A stretch of 64,000 nt of DNA from contig JAEOTO010000032.1 of NCBI GenBank assembly GCA_016839805.1, positions 1 through 64,000 of the forward strand, read 5' to 3'. Both the position numbers and the translations under genes were made by a program. Numbering within the stretch: position 1 is the first letter of the stretch; each line of letters opens with the position of its first letter. Source of the stretch: Candidatus Hermodarchaeota archaeon. GTDB lineage: Archaea; Asgardarchaeota; Hermodarchaeia; Hermodarchaeales; Hermodarchaeaceae. The notes under the pieces are model-generated. The model had not been told where the DNA came from. It made no database searches and worked only from the letters and a program-made list of their open reading frames with translations. Below, piece after piece: positions 1 to 10,452 of this stretch.

Positions 1-187
1 CGGGAATTGCTACCATAAAGGTTCCAAGATGACTCAAATCTAGAGCGATTTGTGCACCGCCAAGGTGTACCATGTTAATAGTAAGAATGGATACTGCTGT
101 ACCTAAGGCCGCCATTACTGCTGCATACACAAGGACCTTAAGGTGAGGAAATACCCAATAGCGTTGTGCCAGTTCTTTCTTAGTCAT
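1..187 (-). CDS. Probable ECF transporter S component (partial, runs off window start)
   Basis: Manual translation from ATG at 187 after AGGAG: MTKKELAQRYWVFPHLKVLVYAAVMAALGTAVSILTINMVHLGGAQIALDLSHLGTFMVAIP; hydrophobic with an AxxxAL motif. Confidence 0.55.
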   Translation of the reverse strand, partial: MTKKELAQRYWVFPHLKVLVYAAVMAALGTAVSILTINMVHLGGAQIALDLSHLGTFMVAIP

Positions 188-326
188 CAAAGTATCTCCT
201 TAGGAGTGGGCGCATTGAAGGTTCCAGATATATAAGAGTAGCTACTCGTTATTGAGTAGAATCCAGTCGTGGTTATGGAGAAAGCTATTTCTGGTTTAGG
301 AAGCGAACAGTTGTGAGGTTGATTCC

Positions 327-1742
327 GTGCCAGAGATTCGCCATTCGTTTTTACCCATAGTAGGCAAGCAAGAAAGCGAAATGCTTGCTGCGATAGGGAT
401 TAAGGATATTGACGAGTTATTTCAGGATATTCCTTCGAAATTTCAACTAAAAACCAGATTAAAGATACCTGAGGGATTATCCGAGTTTGAAGTCTCTCGA
501 AGGGTTAAAGGGATTCTTGCCCGTAACTGGGAATCAGAGAAAGGAGAGAGCTTTCTTGGAGGCGGTGTCTGGTCACATATAATTCCTGAGGCTGTAAAGA
601 GCATCGTGAATCGTACAGAATTTCTAACTGCGTATACTCCATATCAAGCAGAAGTCAGTCAAGGAATGCTTCAAGCTCTTTTTGAATATCAGAGTCTAAT
701 GGCGGAATTGGTTGAGCTACCAATAGTAAATGCGTCCATGTATGACTGGGCTAGCGCTTTGGGCGAAGCTGCTTTGATGACTAGTCGTGTTACAAGTCGG
801 TTTAAATTTCTCATTCCCGATATCATCGCACCTAATCGGGAAGCTGTTTTGCGAACCTATACACAGCCTGCCGGAATCATCGTGAATACGATTGGTCATG
901 ACGACATAACAGGGCAGCTTGATTTAGAGCATTTGAAATCTCTGATCAATGATGATATTTCAGGAGTATATTTTGAGAATCCTGCGTATCTAGGACAGCT
1001 TCAATATGAGGTAGATGCTATCGCTGATGTTGTACATGATGCTGGTGCCCTACTTGTAGTAGGAGTTGATCCCACCTCCCTGGGAGTTTTACGACCTCCT
1101 GGTGCCTATGACGCCGATATTGTGATTGGAGAGGGGCAGCCACTAGGAAGCTCAATCAATATTGGCGGACCACTACTCGGAATCTTCGCCAGTCGGGATG
1201 ATAGAAGCTTAATGCGTCAACTTCCAGGACGGATAATTGGACTAACGACAACCAAGGAAGATGAACAACGGGGTTATGTGATGACAATCCAAGCACGAGA
1301 ACAACACATCCGGCGCGAAAAAGCCACCTCGAATATTTGTTCTAACCAAGCTCTCTCAGCGATTACAGCTGCCGTGTACCTGTCTTTGATGGGACCTCGC
1401 GGTATCGTCGAGCTAGGTGAAATGATTCTCCAATTGCGTAGTTATGCAGAACAAAAGCTTAACCAACTGGAGGGGATTAAAGCACCACTATTTGAAGCAC
1501 CGCATTTCAAAGAATTTGTGATTAAAATTGAAGATGAAAAAGCTGCAAGCCATTCGGAATTGTCAATTCAATCTATTCTGGATTATATACGAAAGGATCA
1601 GATTCTAGCCGGGATTCCATTGGATCAAAGCTTCCCAGATTTGGGTGAATCCGCATTAACTTGCATCACTGAGACTCACACTCAGGAATCAATCGATCAG
1701 CTTGTAGGATCCTTTCAAAAAGCGATGGAGGAATACCGATGA
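327..1742 (+). CDS. gcvPA: Glycine cleavage system P protein subunit 1
   Basis: FLTAYTPYQAEVSQG, NASMYD and REQHIRREKATSNICSNQ motifs. Confidence 0.95.
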   Translation: MPEIRHSFLPIVGKQESEMLAAIGIKDIDELFQDIPSKFQLKTRLKIPEGLSEFEVSRRVKGILARNWESEKGESFLGGGVWSHIIPEAVKSIVNRTEFLTAYTPYQAEVSQGMLQALFEYQSLMAELVELPIVNASMYDWASALGEAALMTSRVTSRFKFLIPDIIAPNREAVLRTYTQPAGIIVNTIGHDDITGQLDLEHLKSLINDDISGVYFENPAYLGQLQYEVDAIADVVHDAGALLVVGVDPTSLGVLRPPGAYDADIVIGEGQPLGSSINIGGPLLGIFASRDDRSLMRQLPGRIIGLTTTKEDEQRGYVMTIQAREQHIRREKATSNICSNQALSAITAAVYLSLMGPRGIVELGEMILQLRSYAEQKLNQLEGIKAPLFEAPHFKEFVIKIEDEKAASHSELSIQSILDYIRKDQILAGIPLDQSFPDLGESALTCITETHTQESIDQLVGSFQKAMEEYR

Positions 1743-3262
1743 AGTATCAGCAAGCTAGATGGGAAGAGGCATTGGTTTTTGAGCGATCAAGAAAAGGATC
1801 GGTTGGCTACTCCTTACCAAAGGTAAGTGAAGCTGTCCGCAAAACAATCCCAAAGCCGTTATCTGAGATACCAGAATCTCTCCGTCGATCAAGTCCACCT
1901 GGACTTCCAGAGCTATCCGAACCTGAGGTAATGCAGCATTTCATCCGTCTTTCTCAGATGAATTATTGTATTGATTTAGGCCTCTATCCACTCGGCAGCT
2001 GCACGATGAAATATAACCCCCCACTGAACGAAGAAGTAATTAGAAACCCGCAATTTTCTCTATTACATCCTCACCAAGATTGTTCCACTCTTCAAGGAAT
2101 CTTACACATTTTCTTTGAATTGCAACAATGGCTGGCTGAAATTTCTGGTGTGGATTCGTTTTCTTTACAACCAGCTGCTGGTGCACAAGGAGAGCTAGCA
2201 GGGGTTCTAATTATTCGAGCATATCACGCTGATCAAGGGGAACTGGAAACTCGTCGAGAAATCATTATTCCTGATTCAGCCCATGGAACTAACCCAGCGA
2301 GTGCGGCTATGGCAGGATTTGATGTAGTAGTCGTCCCTTCAAACCAACAGGGTCAAGTCGATCTCCAAGCCCTCCAAAGTGCAGTATCTGATCAAACAGC
2401 AGGTCTTATGCTTACCAATCCAAACACCTTAGGTCTTTTTGAAAAGGAAATTGAAACAATAGCGAAAATCGTTCATGATGCGGGTGGGTTGCTATACTAT
2501 GATGGAGCGAATTTAAACGCGAATTTGGGCCGCGTTCGTCCCGGGGACATGGGATTTGATATTATTCATATAAATCTGCACAAGACCTTCGCCACACCTC
2601 ACGGTGGTGGAGGACCAGGAGCCGGACCTGTTGGCGTGAAATCTCATTTATCACAATTTCTTCCCGTGCCCGTCATTACTTTTGACGGTAAGAAATACGC
2701 TTTGGATACTGACCGCTCAAAATCTATCGGTCGTCTTCACGGGTTTTTAGGTAATGCAGCCGTGTCGTTGAAAGCTTATGCATATATTATGAGAATGGGT
2801 TGGCAAGGCTTACAAGCTGTTTCAAATCATGCCGTATTAAATGCTAATTATATTATGAAACAGATTGAGAGGATAAAGGGTTTCAGTATCCCCTTTGCTC
2901 CAGGAGTATGGCGAAAACATGAGGTGGTCATTAGTGCGAAACCTCTGGAACGTGATACAGGGGTATCTGCACGAGACGTCGCAAAAGCGTTGTTAGATCG
3001 GGGTTTACATGCTCCCACATTCTATTTCCCAGCCATCGTTGAGGAAGCATTAATGATTGAGCCCACAGAAACCTTCAGTAAAGCTGAACTAGATCGCTTC
3101 ATTGCCGCCCTCCACGAAATTGGGAAGGAGGCATATACCGACCCACAAAAAGTGTGTGAGGCTCCCCAACGTACAGCGATTACTCGATTAGATGAAGTAA
3201 AAGCCGCTCATCCGCGTACCATGGCACTGACTTGGCGTATGTACCAGAAATACCAAAAGTAA
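1739..3262 (+). CDS. gcvPB: Glycine cleavage system P protein subunit 2
   Basis: PLGSCTMKYNP, SAHGTNPASA and the PLP-lysine motif HINLHKTFATPHGGGGPG. Confidence 0.95.
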   Translation: MKYQQARWEEALVFERSRKGSVGYSLPKVSEAVRKTIPKPLSEIPESLRRSSPPGLPELSEPEVMQHFIRLSQMNYCIDLGLYPLGSCTMKYNPPLNEEVIRNPQFSLLHPHQDCSTLQGILHIFFELQQWLAEISGVDSFSLQPAAGAQGELAGVLIIRAYHADQGELETRREIIIPDSAHGTNPASAAMAGFDVVVVPSNQQGQVDLQALQSAVSDQTAGLMLTNPNTLGLFEKEIETIAKIVHDAGGLLYYDGANLNANLGRVRPGDMGFDIIHINLHKTFATPHGGGGPGAGPVGVKSHLSQFLPVPVITFDGKKYALDTDRSKSIGRLHGFLGNAAVSLKAYAYIMRMGWQGLQAVSNHAVLNANYIMKQIERIKGFSIPFAPGVWRKHEVVISAKPLERDTGVSARDVAKALLDRGLHAPTFYFPAIVEEALMIEPTETFSKAELDRFIAALHEIGKEAYTDPQKVCEAPQRTAITRLDEVKAAHPRTMALTWRMYQKYQK

Positions 3263-3307
3263 CTGAATTCAGCAGGAAGAGCTGGATAAGGATTTGAAAT
3301 CCCTTAT

Positions 3308-4048
3308 CTATCCCCGCTTCTTCTTTCCAGTTCGCTTAGGAGCGATCAAACCAACTTTTCGACCTGGTGGAGTTGTGCGTTTAACAGAACTTGGTCCACC
3401 CGGGCGTTGCTTTGCACCACCACCATGCGGGTGGGATACAGCATTCATAGCTACACCCCTAACTTTGGGATACGTGTGACCCTTCGCGTATCGGGCCTTG
3501 TGTTTACTACCAGCTTTAAGGAAGGGTTTCTCAGGCCTACCACCACCTGAAACTACTCCAATGGTTGCTCGTCCAGTCGAGCTAAATGTACGAGTTTTTC
3601 CAGATGGTAAACGCACAGACGTTTTTCCACGAGAATGGGTGATAATTGTGGCATAAGTACCACTAGAACGAACAAATTTGCCTCCATCTCCTGGTTGCCC
3701 TTCAATATTGAAGATAGGAGTTCCTTCAGGAATTTTACCTAAAGGTAAAATATGACCAGCACGGACGCCAGCTTTGGGACCAATACGCAATTGTTGACCC
3801 ACAGAGGTGCCTTCAGGAACTAAAGCGAGATATTTTTCTCCGTTTTCCAACCTTACTTGAGCTACAGGTGATCCGCGACCTGGATCATGCATCAAATCTT
3901 CGATGTCTGCGGTCAGGAATCCACGCTTACCCATAAGCGCTAAAGGTGGATATTTGACTGCTCCTCGACGTCGGTGTGTTTTTGCACGGAATGTAGGAGA
4001 GCCACGTCCACGCCGTTGAACCAAGATTCTTTTACCCATTTTTTCCAT
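3308..4048 (-). CDS. rpl2: Ribosomal protein uL2
   Basis: MGKRILVQRRGRG, HDPGRG, VRGVAMNAVSHPHGGG. Confidence 0.97.
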   Translation of the reverse strand: MEKMGKRILVQRRGRGSPTFRAKTHRRRGAVKYPPLALMGKRGFLTADIEDLMHDPGRGSPVAQVRLENGEKYLALVPEGTSVGQQLRIGPKAGVRAGHILPLGKIPEGTPIFNIEGQPGDGGKFVRSSGTYATIITHSRGKTSVRLPSGKTRTFSSTGRATIGVVSGGGRPEKPFLKAGSKHKARYAKGHTYPKVRGVAMNAVSHPHGGGAKQRPGGPSSVKRTTPPGRKVGLIAPKRTGKKKRG

Positions 4049-4055
4049 CCTCCTA

Positions 4056-4319
4056 TTAGAAGAGTCCTAATTTTACCGCTAGATCCGCAGCGTTATCCTC
4101 AGGAGATAATTTGACCATAGCTTTCTTTTCCCCTTCAGGAGTGATCAATGTGTTTACTTTGATAACCCTGACTTCATACAATGTCTCAATAGCTTCTCGA
4201 ATTTGCCCCTTGGTCGCTCTCCGGTTTACAATGAAGGTTAATCGATTTTCTCTTTCAACAATTTCAGAAGCTCGCTCAGTAATCATCATACGAATTATTA
4301 CATCATAAGGATCCATCAT
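4056..4319 (-). CDS. rpl23: Ribosomal protein uL23
   Basis: ENRLTFIV...[18 protein letters not shown]; operon position. Confidence 0.95.
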   Translation of the reverse strand: MMDPYDVIIRMMITERASEIVERENRLTFIVNRRATKGQIREAIETLYEVRVIKVNTLITPEGEKKAMVKLSPEDNAADLAVKLGLF

Positions 4320-5107
4320 TGACCACTTCCATAAAGGTCATTGGCGAGTGCATTTATCGCTGACTTTGTCCAAAGAGTTAAGCGTCCAGGTTGAGTTCCT
4401 GGAGCCAATGCTTCAGCATTCAGTTTTGATACATAAAGAACCTTCACGCCAGGTAGATTCCGAGCCGCTTTGCGTATCCCTTTGTCCTCAGTTATCACAA
4501 TAAGGGGTCCAACGGGTTTGCGATACTTTCGACCACGACGTCGAGCTGCACCACCGCGGAACTTTATGCCATTTTTTACACGAATAACGTCGCTCCACAC
4601 GCCGAGGTTTTCTAGGACTTCTTTTGCCTCTTCAGTAGATTGAATTTCCTGAACCTCATCTACGGTAACCAGAGGAAAGGCTTTAGCATCAAAAACATGA
4701 CCACGTGCACTAATCAACTCACCCTTTGCGGTTGCAGCAATCGCAGATCGGATCGCTAACCTACGTTCTTTCTTATTTATCCGTTCCACTGGATTCTTTG
4801 CAGCTTCGGGTGGATGAGTTCGACGTCCTCCGACCGTTGAAGGTGCAAAAGCACCATGGGAGGCTGACCGATAGCCGGAACCCTTTCTACGTGGAACGCG
4901 TGCACGACCGTGTCCGACACCCCAAGATTCAGCGGTTGTTCGCTTCCCTGCCATAGGATCAACGCCTTGCCGTTGATACCTTGCAGATTGTTGAGCAAGA
5001 ACGGCGCGTTTGATCACATCTTTTCGCAGAGGTGTTTCGAAGACTGGAGGCAAATCAACAGTTCCCTTTTTTTTACCCTCTAATGTGAGTACTTTTATTG
5101 AAACCAT
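4316..5107 (-). CDS. rpl4: Ribosomal protein uL4
   Basis: [35 protein letters not shown]. Confidence 0.97.
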   Translation of the reverse strand: MVSIKVLTLEGKKKGTVDLPPVFETPLRKDVIKRAVLAQQSARYQRQGVDPMAGKRTTAESWGVGHGRARVPRRKGSGYRSASHGAFAPSTVGGRRTHPPEAAKNPVERINKKERRLAIRSAIAATAKGELISARGHVFDAKAFPLVTVDEVQEIQSTEEAKEVLENLGVWSDVIRVKNGIKFRGGAARRRGRKYRKPVGPLIVITEDKGIRKAARNLPGVKVLYVSKLNAEALAPGTQPGRLTLWTKSAINALANDLYGSGQ

Positions 5108-5123
5108 TTTAAATCCTCCGTCA

Positions 5124-6134
5124 TTATTTTTTGGATGTCGTGCTGATGTAGGCTATTTCGGGCGCTTTATCGGGAATCGGCTTGGGGCGATTAGGGACGC
5201 GTAATTGGACCAGTCGGCGTGATGGGCCAGGTATTGAACCATCCAGAAGCAGGAAATCTGATTGAAGTACGCCGTAGTGTGAAAAGCCTCCAGAAGGTGT
5301 AATATCGTCACTTTTTTCACCAATTCTAAGAAGGCGTTTGTTGTATTCTGTTCGTTGATGGAATCCCATTTGTCCTGCCCGGGGTACTGTATACATGATG
5401 CGACTAGGATGCCAGGGCCCAAGAGTTCCCACTGCACGGACCCGTTTTCGGGATTTATGAGGAAGTTTCGAGACGCCAAATCGTTTCACTACGCCTTGAA
5501 AGCCCTTCCCCTTTGTAACTGCAATAACATCGAGTAATTGACCAGGTTGAAAGATATCACGTACTCGAATTTCTTGTCCTAACAGATTCTTGGCATATTC
5601 AAATTGATCATTAATCGAGCCACCTAACACTGCAACTTCTAAAATATCAGGTTTCTTCTTACCTATCCCAGCCTGTCGGGGTTGAGTTAGTAAACGTACT
5701 CGTAATCCAACGAGTTCATTCAAAGTCTTTGTAAATTTGGTCATTGAAGCCTTAGCATCGTAGTCCTTAGGCCAAGGCAAGGTACGGCGAATATCCCGAG
5801 GTAGGTTTTCCATCCAGGTTTCCCCGTGAACTCTTATGGTGCTCCCATTACGTCCATATCCTCGAATGGAAGCGACGAGCATCGGTGGTGTATCAACGAT
5901 GGTTACCGCCCGAGTTATTTCGCGACCAAACCATGGACTGTTTGGCTTATCCTCAATGAGGAGAACATGGGTCATACCTACTTTGAATCCTGCAAAACCG
6001 AGGATTCGGGGTTCTGTTGCAGTTGTAGCCCAATGACGAATCCGTCCACTAACCCGACGCGTACGCTTTCGGGGACGATAGGAAAGGCTACCATGTCTAG
6101 GGGCGCTTTGTTTTCGATGACCCATGGATTTCAC
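5124..6134 (-). CDS. rpl3: Ribosomal protein uL3 (start likely the ATG at 6125)
   Basis: APRHGSL, GFKVGMTH, VTKGKGFQGVVKRFG, PRAGQMGFHQRTEYNK. Confidence 0.97.
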   Translation of the reverse strand: MKSMGHRKQSAPRHGSLSYRPRKRTRRVSGRIRHWATTATEPRILGFAGFKVGMTHVLLIEDKPNSPWFGREITRAVTIVDTPPMLVASIRGYGRNGSTIRVHGETWMENLPRDIRRTLPWPKDYDAKASMTKFTKTLNELVGLRVRLLTQPRQAGIGKKKPDILEVAVLGGSINDQFEYAKNLLGQEIRVRDIFQPGQLLDVIAVTKGKGFQGVVKRFGVSKLPHKSRKRVRAVGTLGPWHPSRIMYTVPRAGQMGFHQRTEYNKRLLRIGEKSDDITPSGGFSHYGVLQSDFLLLDGSIPGPSRRLVQLRVPNRPKPIPDKAPEIAYISTTSKK

Positions 6135-6362
6135 TTCCAGGGATTATTTTCACCGGGGAAGGCAATGTCATTTACCAATAAGGAGTTGCCTCCGATGGCT
6201 TATCGGCTCGGAAGCGGATGGCGTGATTTAAGTCTTTCGAAGAAAAGTATACCATCTTTGTTGGTGAGTCCGGATATACCGCTATCCCTTTAAACTCGAA
6301 GTTCCATCATCAGGGAGATTACAAAAAAAAGTATCGCAGTTATGTCTTATGTTATAATTATT

Positions 6363-6476
6363 GCCGGGTTAGCCAAGTGGTTACGGCGCGGGCCTTGAGA
6401 GATGGGTATTAACCATAATTCCAAGGCAGCCTGTGGCTTCCGAGCCGCAAGGGTTCGAATCCCTTACCCGGCGCCA
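6363..6476 (+). tRNA. tRNA-Ser(TGA) with canonical 37/38 intron; CCA encoded
   Basis: GCCGGGT/ACCCGGC acceptor stem, CT-TGA-G anticodon loop split by a 28-nt insert, long variable arm, GGTTCGAATCC T arm. Confidence 0.88.
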
Positions 6477-6587
6477 CTTTTTCCTTATAGTAGTTGGACA
6501 GAGGATTTCTCTTTCATATCCTGGGAACGTCAACGTTAAAAGCTGGGAACCTGCTCTTTCGACATAAGCTTCGATAGGTGGTACAAC

Positions 6588-7010
6588 ATGCGATTTGAAT
6601 ATCCCGATGAAATCACATCAGACCAGATGTTCCGAGCCTTTGGTCAGACATTTCAAGAATTGCTCATAAACGCAGCAATGGCTCTATTTAGTATAATGTA
6701 TGATTTTGAAGAAATCAAAGGAGAAAGCACTGTTAGAGTCGAAGCAAAAGGTGTAGATAAAGAAAAATTACTTTATGATTGGTTGTCCAATCTATTAATT
6801 GAATTTGAAGTGGAAGGTGTGTTTTTCACAAGTTTTTCCATCGAATCATTCGAAAAAACCCCAGAAAAGGAATTTCATATAATTGGAACAGCGAAAGGAG
6901 GCCGGGAGATGCCTGAACTTCGTACTCATGTCAAGGGTATAACATTACACCGATTTGCCCTTGAAAGGGTTAATAACGAATATGTAGCTACAGTAGTAGT
7001 TGACGTGTGA
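6588..7010 (+). CDS. Archease (RtcB cofactor)
   Basis: N-terminal FEY..xTSD, LLYDWLSNLL, VKGITLH and C-terminal VVVDV; directly upstream of rtcB. Confidence 0.9.
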   Translation: MRFEYPDEITSDQMFRAFGQTFQELLINAAMALFSIMYDFEEIKGESTVRVEAKGVDKEKLLYDWLSNLLIEFEVEGVFFTSFSIESFEKTPEKEFHIIGTAKGGREMPELRTHVKGITLHRFALERVNNEYVATVVVDV

Positions 7011-7022
7011 AGAATCGATAAA

Positions 7023-8486
7023 GTGGTAAGATGTATCATGAAGGAAAAATTGAAACAACTGGATGAATATCGTTGGTGGTTAGACAAGTCAGCCCGGGAT
7101 CGTATGAACGTTGGGGCTAAAATCATTGGATCACGGAAGATTATTGATACGTTAGAAAATGCGGCTGTAGAACAATTAACCAATGTGGCGACTCTCCCCG
7201 GAGTTGTTGAACCTGTTCTTGCAATGCCTGATGCTCACTGGGGTTATGGATTACCAATGGGAGCTGTTGGAGCTTTTGATGCTGATGAAGGGGTAATTTC
7301 TGCAGGTTGCACTGGATTTGACATTAACTGCGGCGTTCGATTGATTCGCACTAACCTTAACGTTACTGAGGTGCAACCAAAGTTACGTCAATTAATGGAC
7401 GACCTCTTTAATCGTGTTCCTGCAGGTGTTGGATCTAAAGGAAAAATACGGTTAAGCGATAGCCAATTTACAGATGTCGTCCGGTTGGGGGCACGTTGGG
7501 CTGTCGAAAATGATCATGGTGTCGAAGCTGATTTGGCACATTGTGAAGAAAATGGTTCCATGGAGGGAGCTGCCACTAACGCCCCACGAATTACTGAAAA
7601 AGCCCGGCGTCGTGGTCGACCTCAACTTGGAACTTTGGGCGCTGGAAACCATTACCTTGAAGTTCAAAAAGTCGAGAAGATTTTTGACGAGGCTGCTGCA
7701 AACACCTTTGGTCTTAAATCAGGTCAAGCAGTTATAATGCTGCATTGTGGTTCCCGAGGATTTGGACATCAAGTAGCTACAGATTATCTTGAACGGATGG
7801 CAATAGCTGTTAAGAAGTACAATATCTGGCTCCCCGATAAGCAATTAGTCTGTGCTCCTGCCTCATCGCCTGAAGGACAGGATTATTACGCAGCCATGAA
7901 GGCAGCTGTCAACTTCGCGTTTTGCAATCGGCAGGTCATGACGCACTGGATTCGCGAAGGCTTTGAAAGTGTATTCGGTCGGGACTGGGAGAAACTTGGT
8001 CTAGATCTTGTTTATGATGTAACACACAATATTTGCAAGTTCGAGACCCACGAATTAAACGGATCTAAACGCGATCTTTACGTTCATCGAAAAGGAGCAA
8101 CACGCGCCTTTGGACCAGGTAATTTGAAAATCCCTGATGACTATCAGAGAGTTGGACAACCAGTATTAATCGGTGGTTCCATGGGAACTGCCTCGTATGT
8201 GCTGGTTGGAACTGATCAAGCGATGAAGGAAACTTTCGGTTCGACTTGTCACGGTGCGGGTCGTGCAATGTCCCGTAAAGCCGCAATTCGTCGATATCAT
8301 GGTAGGGACATCAAGAATTCCCTTGAGCAAAAAGGAGAAGTCATCCGGTCAACAGGCACTAAAATTCTTGCTGAAGAAGCGCCTAAGGCTTACAAAGATG
8401 TTCACATCGTTGTTGAATCTGTTCATGGTGCAGATATCTCTCGAAAAGTAGCTTGCCATGTGCCATTAGGAGTAGTGAAAGGCTAA
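7023..8486 (+). CDS. rtcB: tRNA-splicing ligase RtcB
   Basis: MPDAHWGYG, GFDINCGVR, LGTLGAGNHYLE, HRKGATRA, STCHGAGR, EEAPKAYKD. Confidence 0.97.
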   Translation: MVRCIMKEKLKQLDEYRWWLDKSARDRMNVGAKIIGSRKIIDTLENAAVEQLTNVATLPGVVEPVLAMPDAHWGYGLPMGAVGAFDADEGVISAGCTGFDINCGVRLIRTNLNVTEVQPKLRQLMDDLFNRVPAGVGSKGKIRLSDSQFTDVVRLGARWAVENDHGVEADLAHCEENGSMEGAATNAPRITEKARRRGRPQLGTLGAGNHYLEVQKVEKIFDEAAANTFGLKSGQAVIMLHCGSRGFGHQVATDYLERMAIAVKKYNIWLPDKQLVCAPASSPEGQDYYAAMKAAVNFAFCNRQVMTHWIREGFESVFGRDWEKLGLDLVYDVTHNICKFETHELNGSKRDLYVHRKGATRAFGPGNLKIPDDYQRVGQPVLIGGSMGTASYVLVGTDQAMKETFGSTCHGAGRAMSRKAAIRRYHGRDIKNSLEQKGEVIRSTGTKILAEEAPKAYKDVHIVVESVHGADISRKVACHVPLGVVKG

Positions 8487-8501
8487 GCTTGGTTTTTTAG
8501 A

Positions 8502-9383
8502 ATGACATCTCAATCCACGAAGCCAGGTCCACTCCCTCTATCCATTGCTATACCTTCCTCCTTTATCGACGTGTACTCAAATAATTCACAAAAAACCCAA
8601 CAAATAGGACGAATCGCCCGAGCTGCGGCTATCTTTCAAGTTGACGAAATCATCATTTATCTTGACCGACAAAATCAGAAACAAAGAAAGAATAACCAAT
8701 TGATCTCATTAGTGCTTAACTACATGGAAACCCCGCAATATTTACGCAAACATCTCTTCGGTCGGATTCCGGAATTGCGTTATGCAGGACTTCTTCCACC
8801 CCTCAGGACACCGCATCACCCCTTGGAAAAAGTCTCTAAAGCCCTCAGGGATGATGAAATTCGAGAAGGATATGCTTTCATCGACAAGAGGCAATTAGTT
8901 GTTGATATAGGAATTGAAACTCCTATTCCGCTCCTCAAAGCAAACTCATTGAATCCTCCGACACGATTGACCGTAAAAATCAAGCGGAATCAAAAAGGAC
9001 ACTTTGTTGCCTATCCCTGTATATCCCCGCGGACAGTTAGATACTGGGGATATCAAGTTATTGAACTTCAATCACTACTAAGCGAATTCCTAGCAAAAAC
9101 TTCAGATTACAAATATATCGTAGCGACCACACGCAAGGGGACACCGATTGATACTAAAGTAGATTTGCTTCTCCAAAAATGGCAGAAGGCTACTAGACTC
9201 CTACTGTTATTTGGAACCCATAAAGAGGGGTTATCCGAGATTTTAGGTCGGGAGGGTTACTCTCTTTCATCGCTAACAGATTATTCAATTAATATTCTTC
9301 CCCACCAAGGGGTGTCAACAATTCGAACAGAAGAGGCGGTTTTTATTGGGCTTGCTGGTTTTCGGCTTCTTGAACAGGAATGA
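8502..9383 (+). CDS. SPOUT RNA methyltransferase (SPOUT1/C9orf114-like)
   Basis: IARAAAIFQVDEI, ETPQYLRK, LPPLRTPHH, QGVSTIRTEEA. Confidence 0.9.
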   Translation: MTSQSTKPGPLPLSIAIPSSFIDVYSNNSQKTQQIGRIARAAAIFQVDEIIIYLDRQNQKQRKNNQLISLVLNYMETPQYLRKHLFGRIPELRYAGLLPPLRTPHHPLEKVSKALRDDEIREGYAFIDKRQLVVDIGIETPIPLLKANSLNPPTRLTVKIKRNQKGHFVAYPCISPRTVRYWGYQVIELQSLLSEFLAKTSDYKYIVATTRKGTPIDTKVDLLLQKWQKATRLLLLFGTHKEGLSEILGREGYSLSSLTDYSINILPHQGVSTIRTEEAVFIGLAGFRLLEQE

Positions 9384-9390
9384 ATAGAGA

Positions 9391-9879
9391 CTAAGAAGTC
9401 TCACCTGGTACAATTAACATTTCATAAGAACTCGAACCATTGAAATAACCTTCTTGGGAAACTCGTACCATTATCTTGTGGTAACCAGGGGAAATTTCTG
9501 GAATCTTAATTGAGAGTTGTGTAGGGTTTAGTTCAACCTTTTGGGTAGCAATATTCAGATCTCGTAGATAAGCTTCAAGGACTGCACCTTTGGGGGATGC
9601 GTTTCCCGGAAAACCAATGGCAATCGTCAAGCTCAAATCGTCCCCAGGTTCGGCGGCAGCGGGTTCGGGTCCGATTATTTTCACATCAATCCGGTATCGC
9701 CAGTAAACGTAACTGGAAGGAAGTAAGAAGACCAAGAATAGGAAAAAGAAAGCCAAAGCCCCTTGAAGTGAAAGAACTGGATACACATACGTGATTAGTA
9801 TAATTGCTATAGTGGCATAAACAATTAGACTTCCACAAAGTACAATTCCTAACGTTTTTTGGGGATTATCCAATGTCAC
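9391..9879 (-). CDS. Hypothetical membrane protein (two TM segments plus a beta-rich domain)
   Basis: Two hydrophobic N-terminal segments; fills the intergenic space. Confidence 0.6.
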   Translation of the reverse strand: MTLDNPQKTLGIVLCGSLIVYATIAIILITYVYPVLSLQGALAFFFLFLVFLLPSSYVYWRYRIDVKIIGPEPAAAEPGDDLSLTIAIGFPGNASPKGAVLEAYLRDLNIATQKVELNPTQLSIKIPEISPGYHKIMVRVSQEGYFNGSSSYEMLIVPGETS

Positions 9880-9994
9880 GAGTAACCGACTGAGTCTTCT
9901 TTATTAAATAGCATTTCTGTTACGGGCTTGTTGAATATCACAGGATGTTGTTAACTGACTAATTTCGAAAAAAAATGGTCTATCTTAGAAAGAC

Positions 9995-10309
9995 CTACTT
10001 AAGGGTAATTTCGATAAATACTTCGTCAGGAACCCGAATTCGCATAATCTGACGCATTGTTCGTTCATCAGCTTCGAGATCAATAAGACGTTTATGAATC
10101 CGCATTTGCCAATGGTCCCAGGTTGGCGTTCCCTCGCCACAAGGTGATTTTCGGGTGTGAACTTTGAGTGTCTTCGTGGGTAAAGGAATTGGACCCGACA
10201 TATGTACTCCTGTTCGGGAGACAATGGATTGGACCTGGCTACAGACATTATTTAGTTTAGGGATGTCTGTACTTGATAGCCGAATCCGAGCCTTTTGGAC
10301 CATTATCAC
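9995..10309 (-). CDS. rps10: Ribosomal protein uS10
   Basis: [26 protein letters not shown]. Confidence 0.97.
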   Translation of the reverse strand: MIMVQKARIRLSSTDIPKLNNVCSQVQSIVSRTGVHMSGPIPLPTKTLKVHTRKSPCGEGTPTWDHWQMRIHKRLIDLEADERTMRQIMRIRVPDEVFIEITLK

Positions 10310-10452
10310 TACACCAAGTTTATTCTAAGTTGAGGAATCAATTCCAATGAATGGTACCTTTTAACTCTTTTTGCATATCGAGAGGATTCTCTCATTTGAA
10401 AATACATAGAAAAAAGGGAAGGAGAAGTTGAGATAGTTGTATTTAGCTATCG

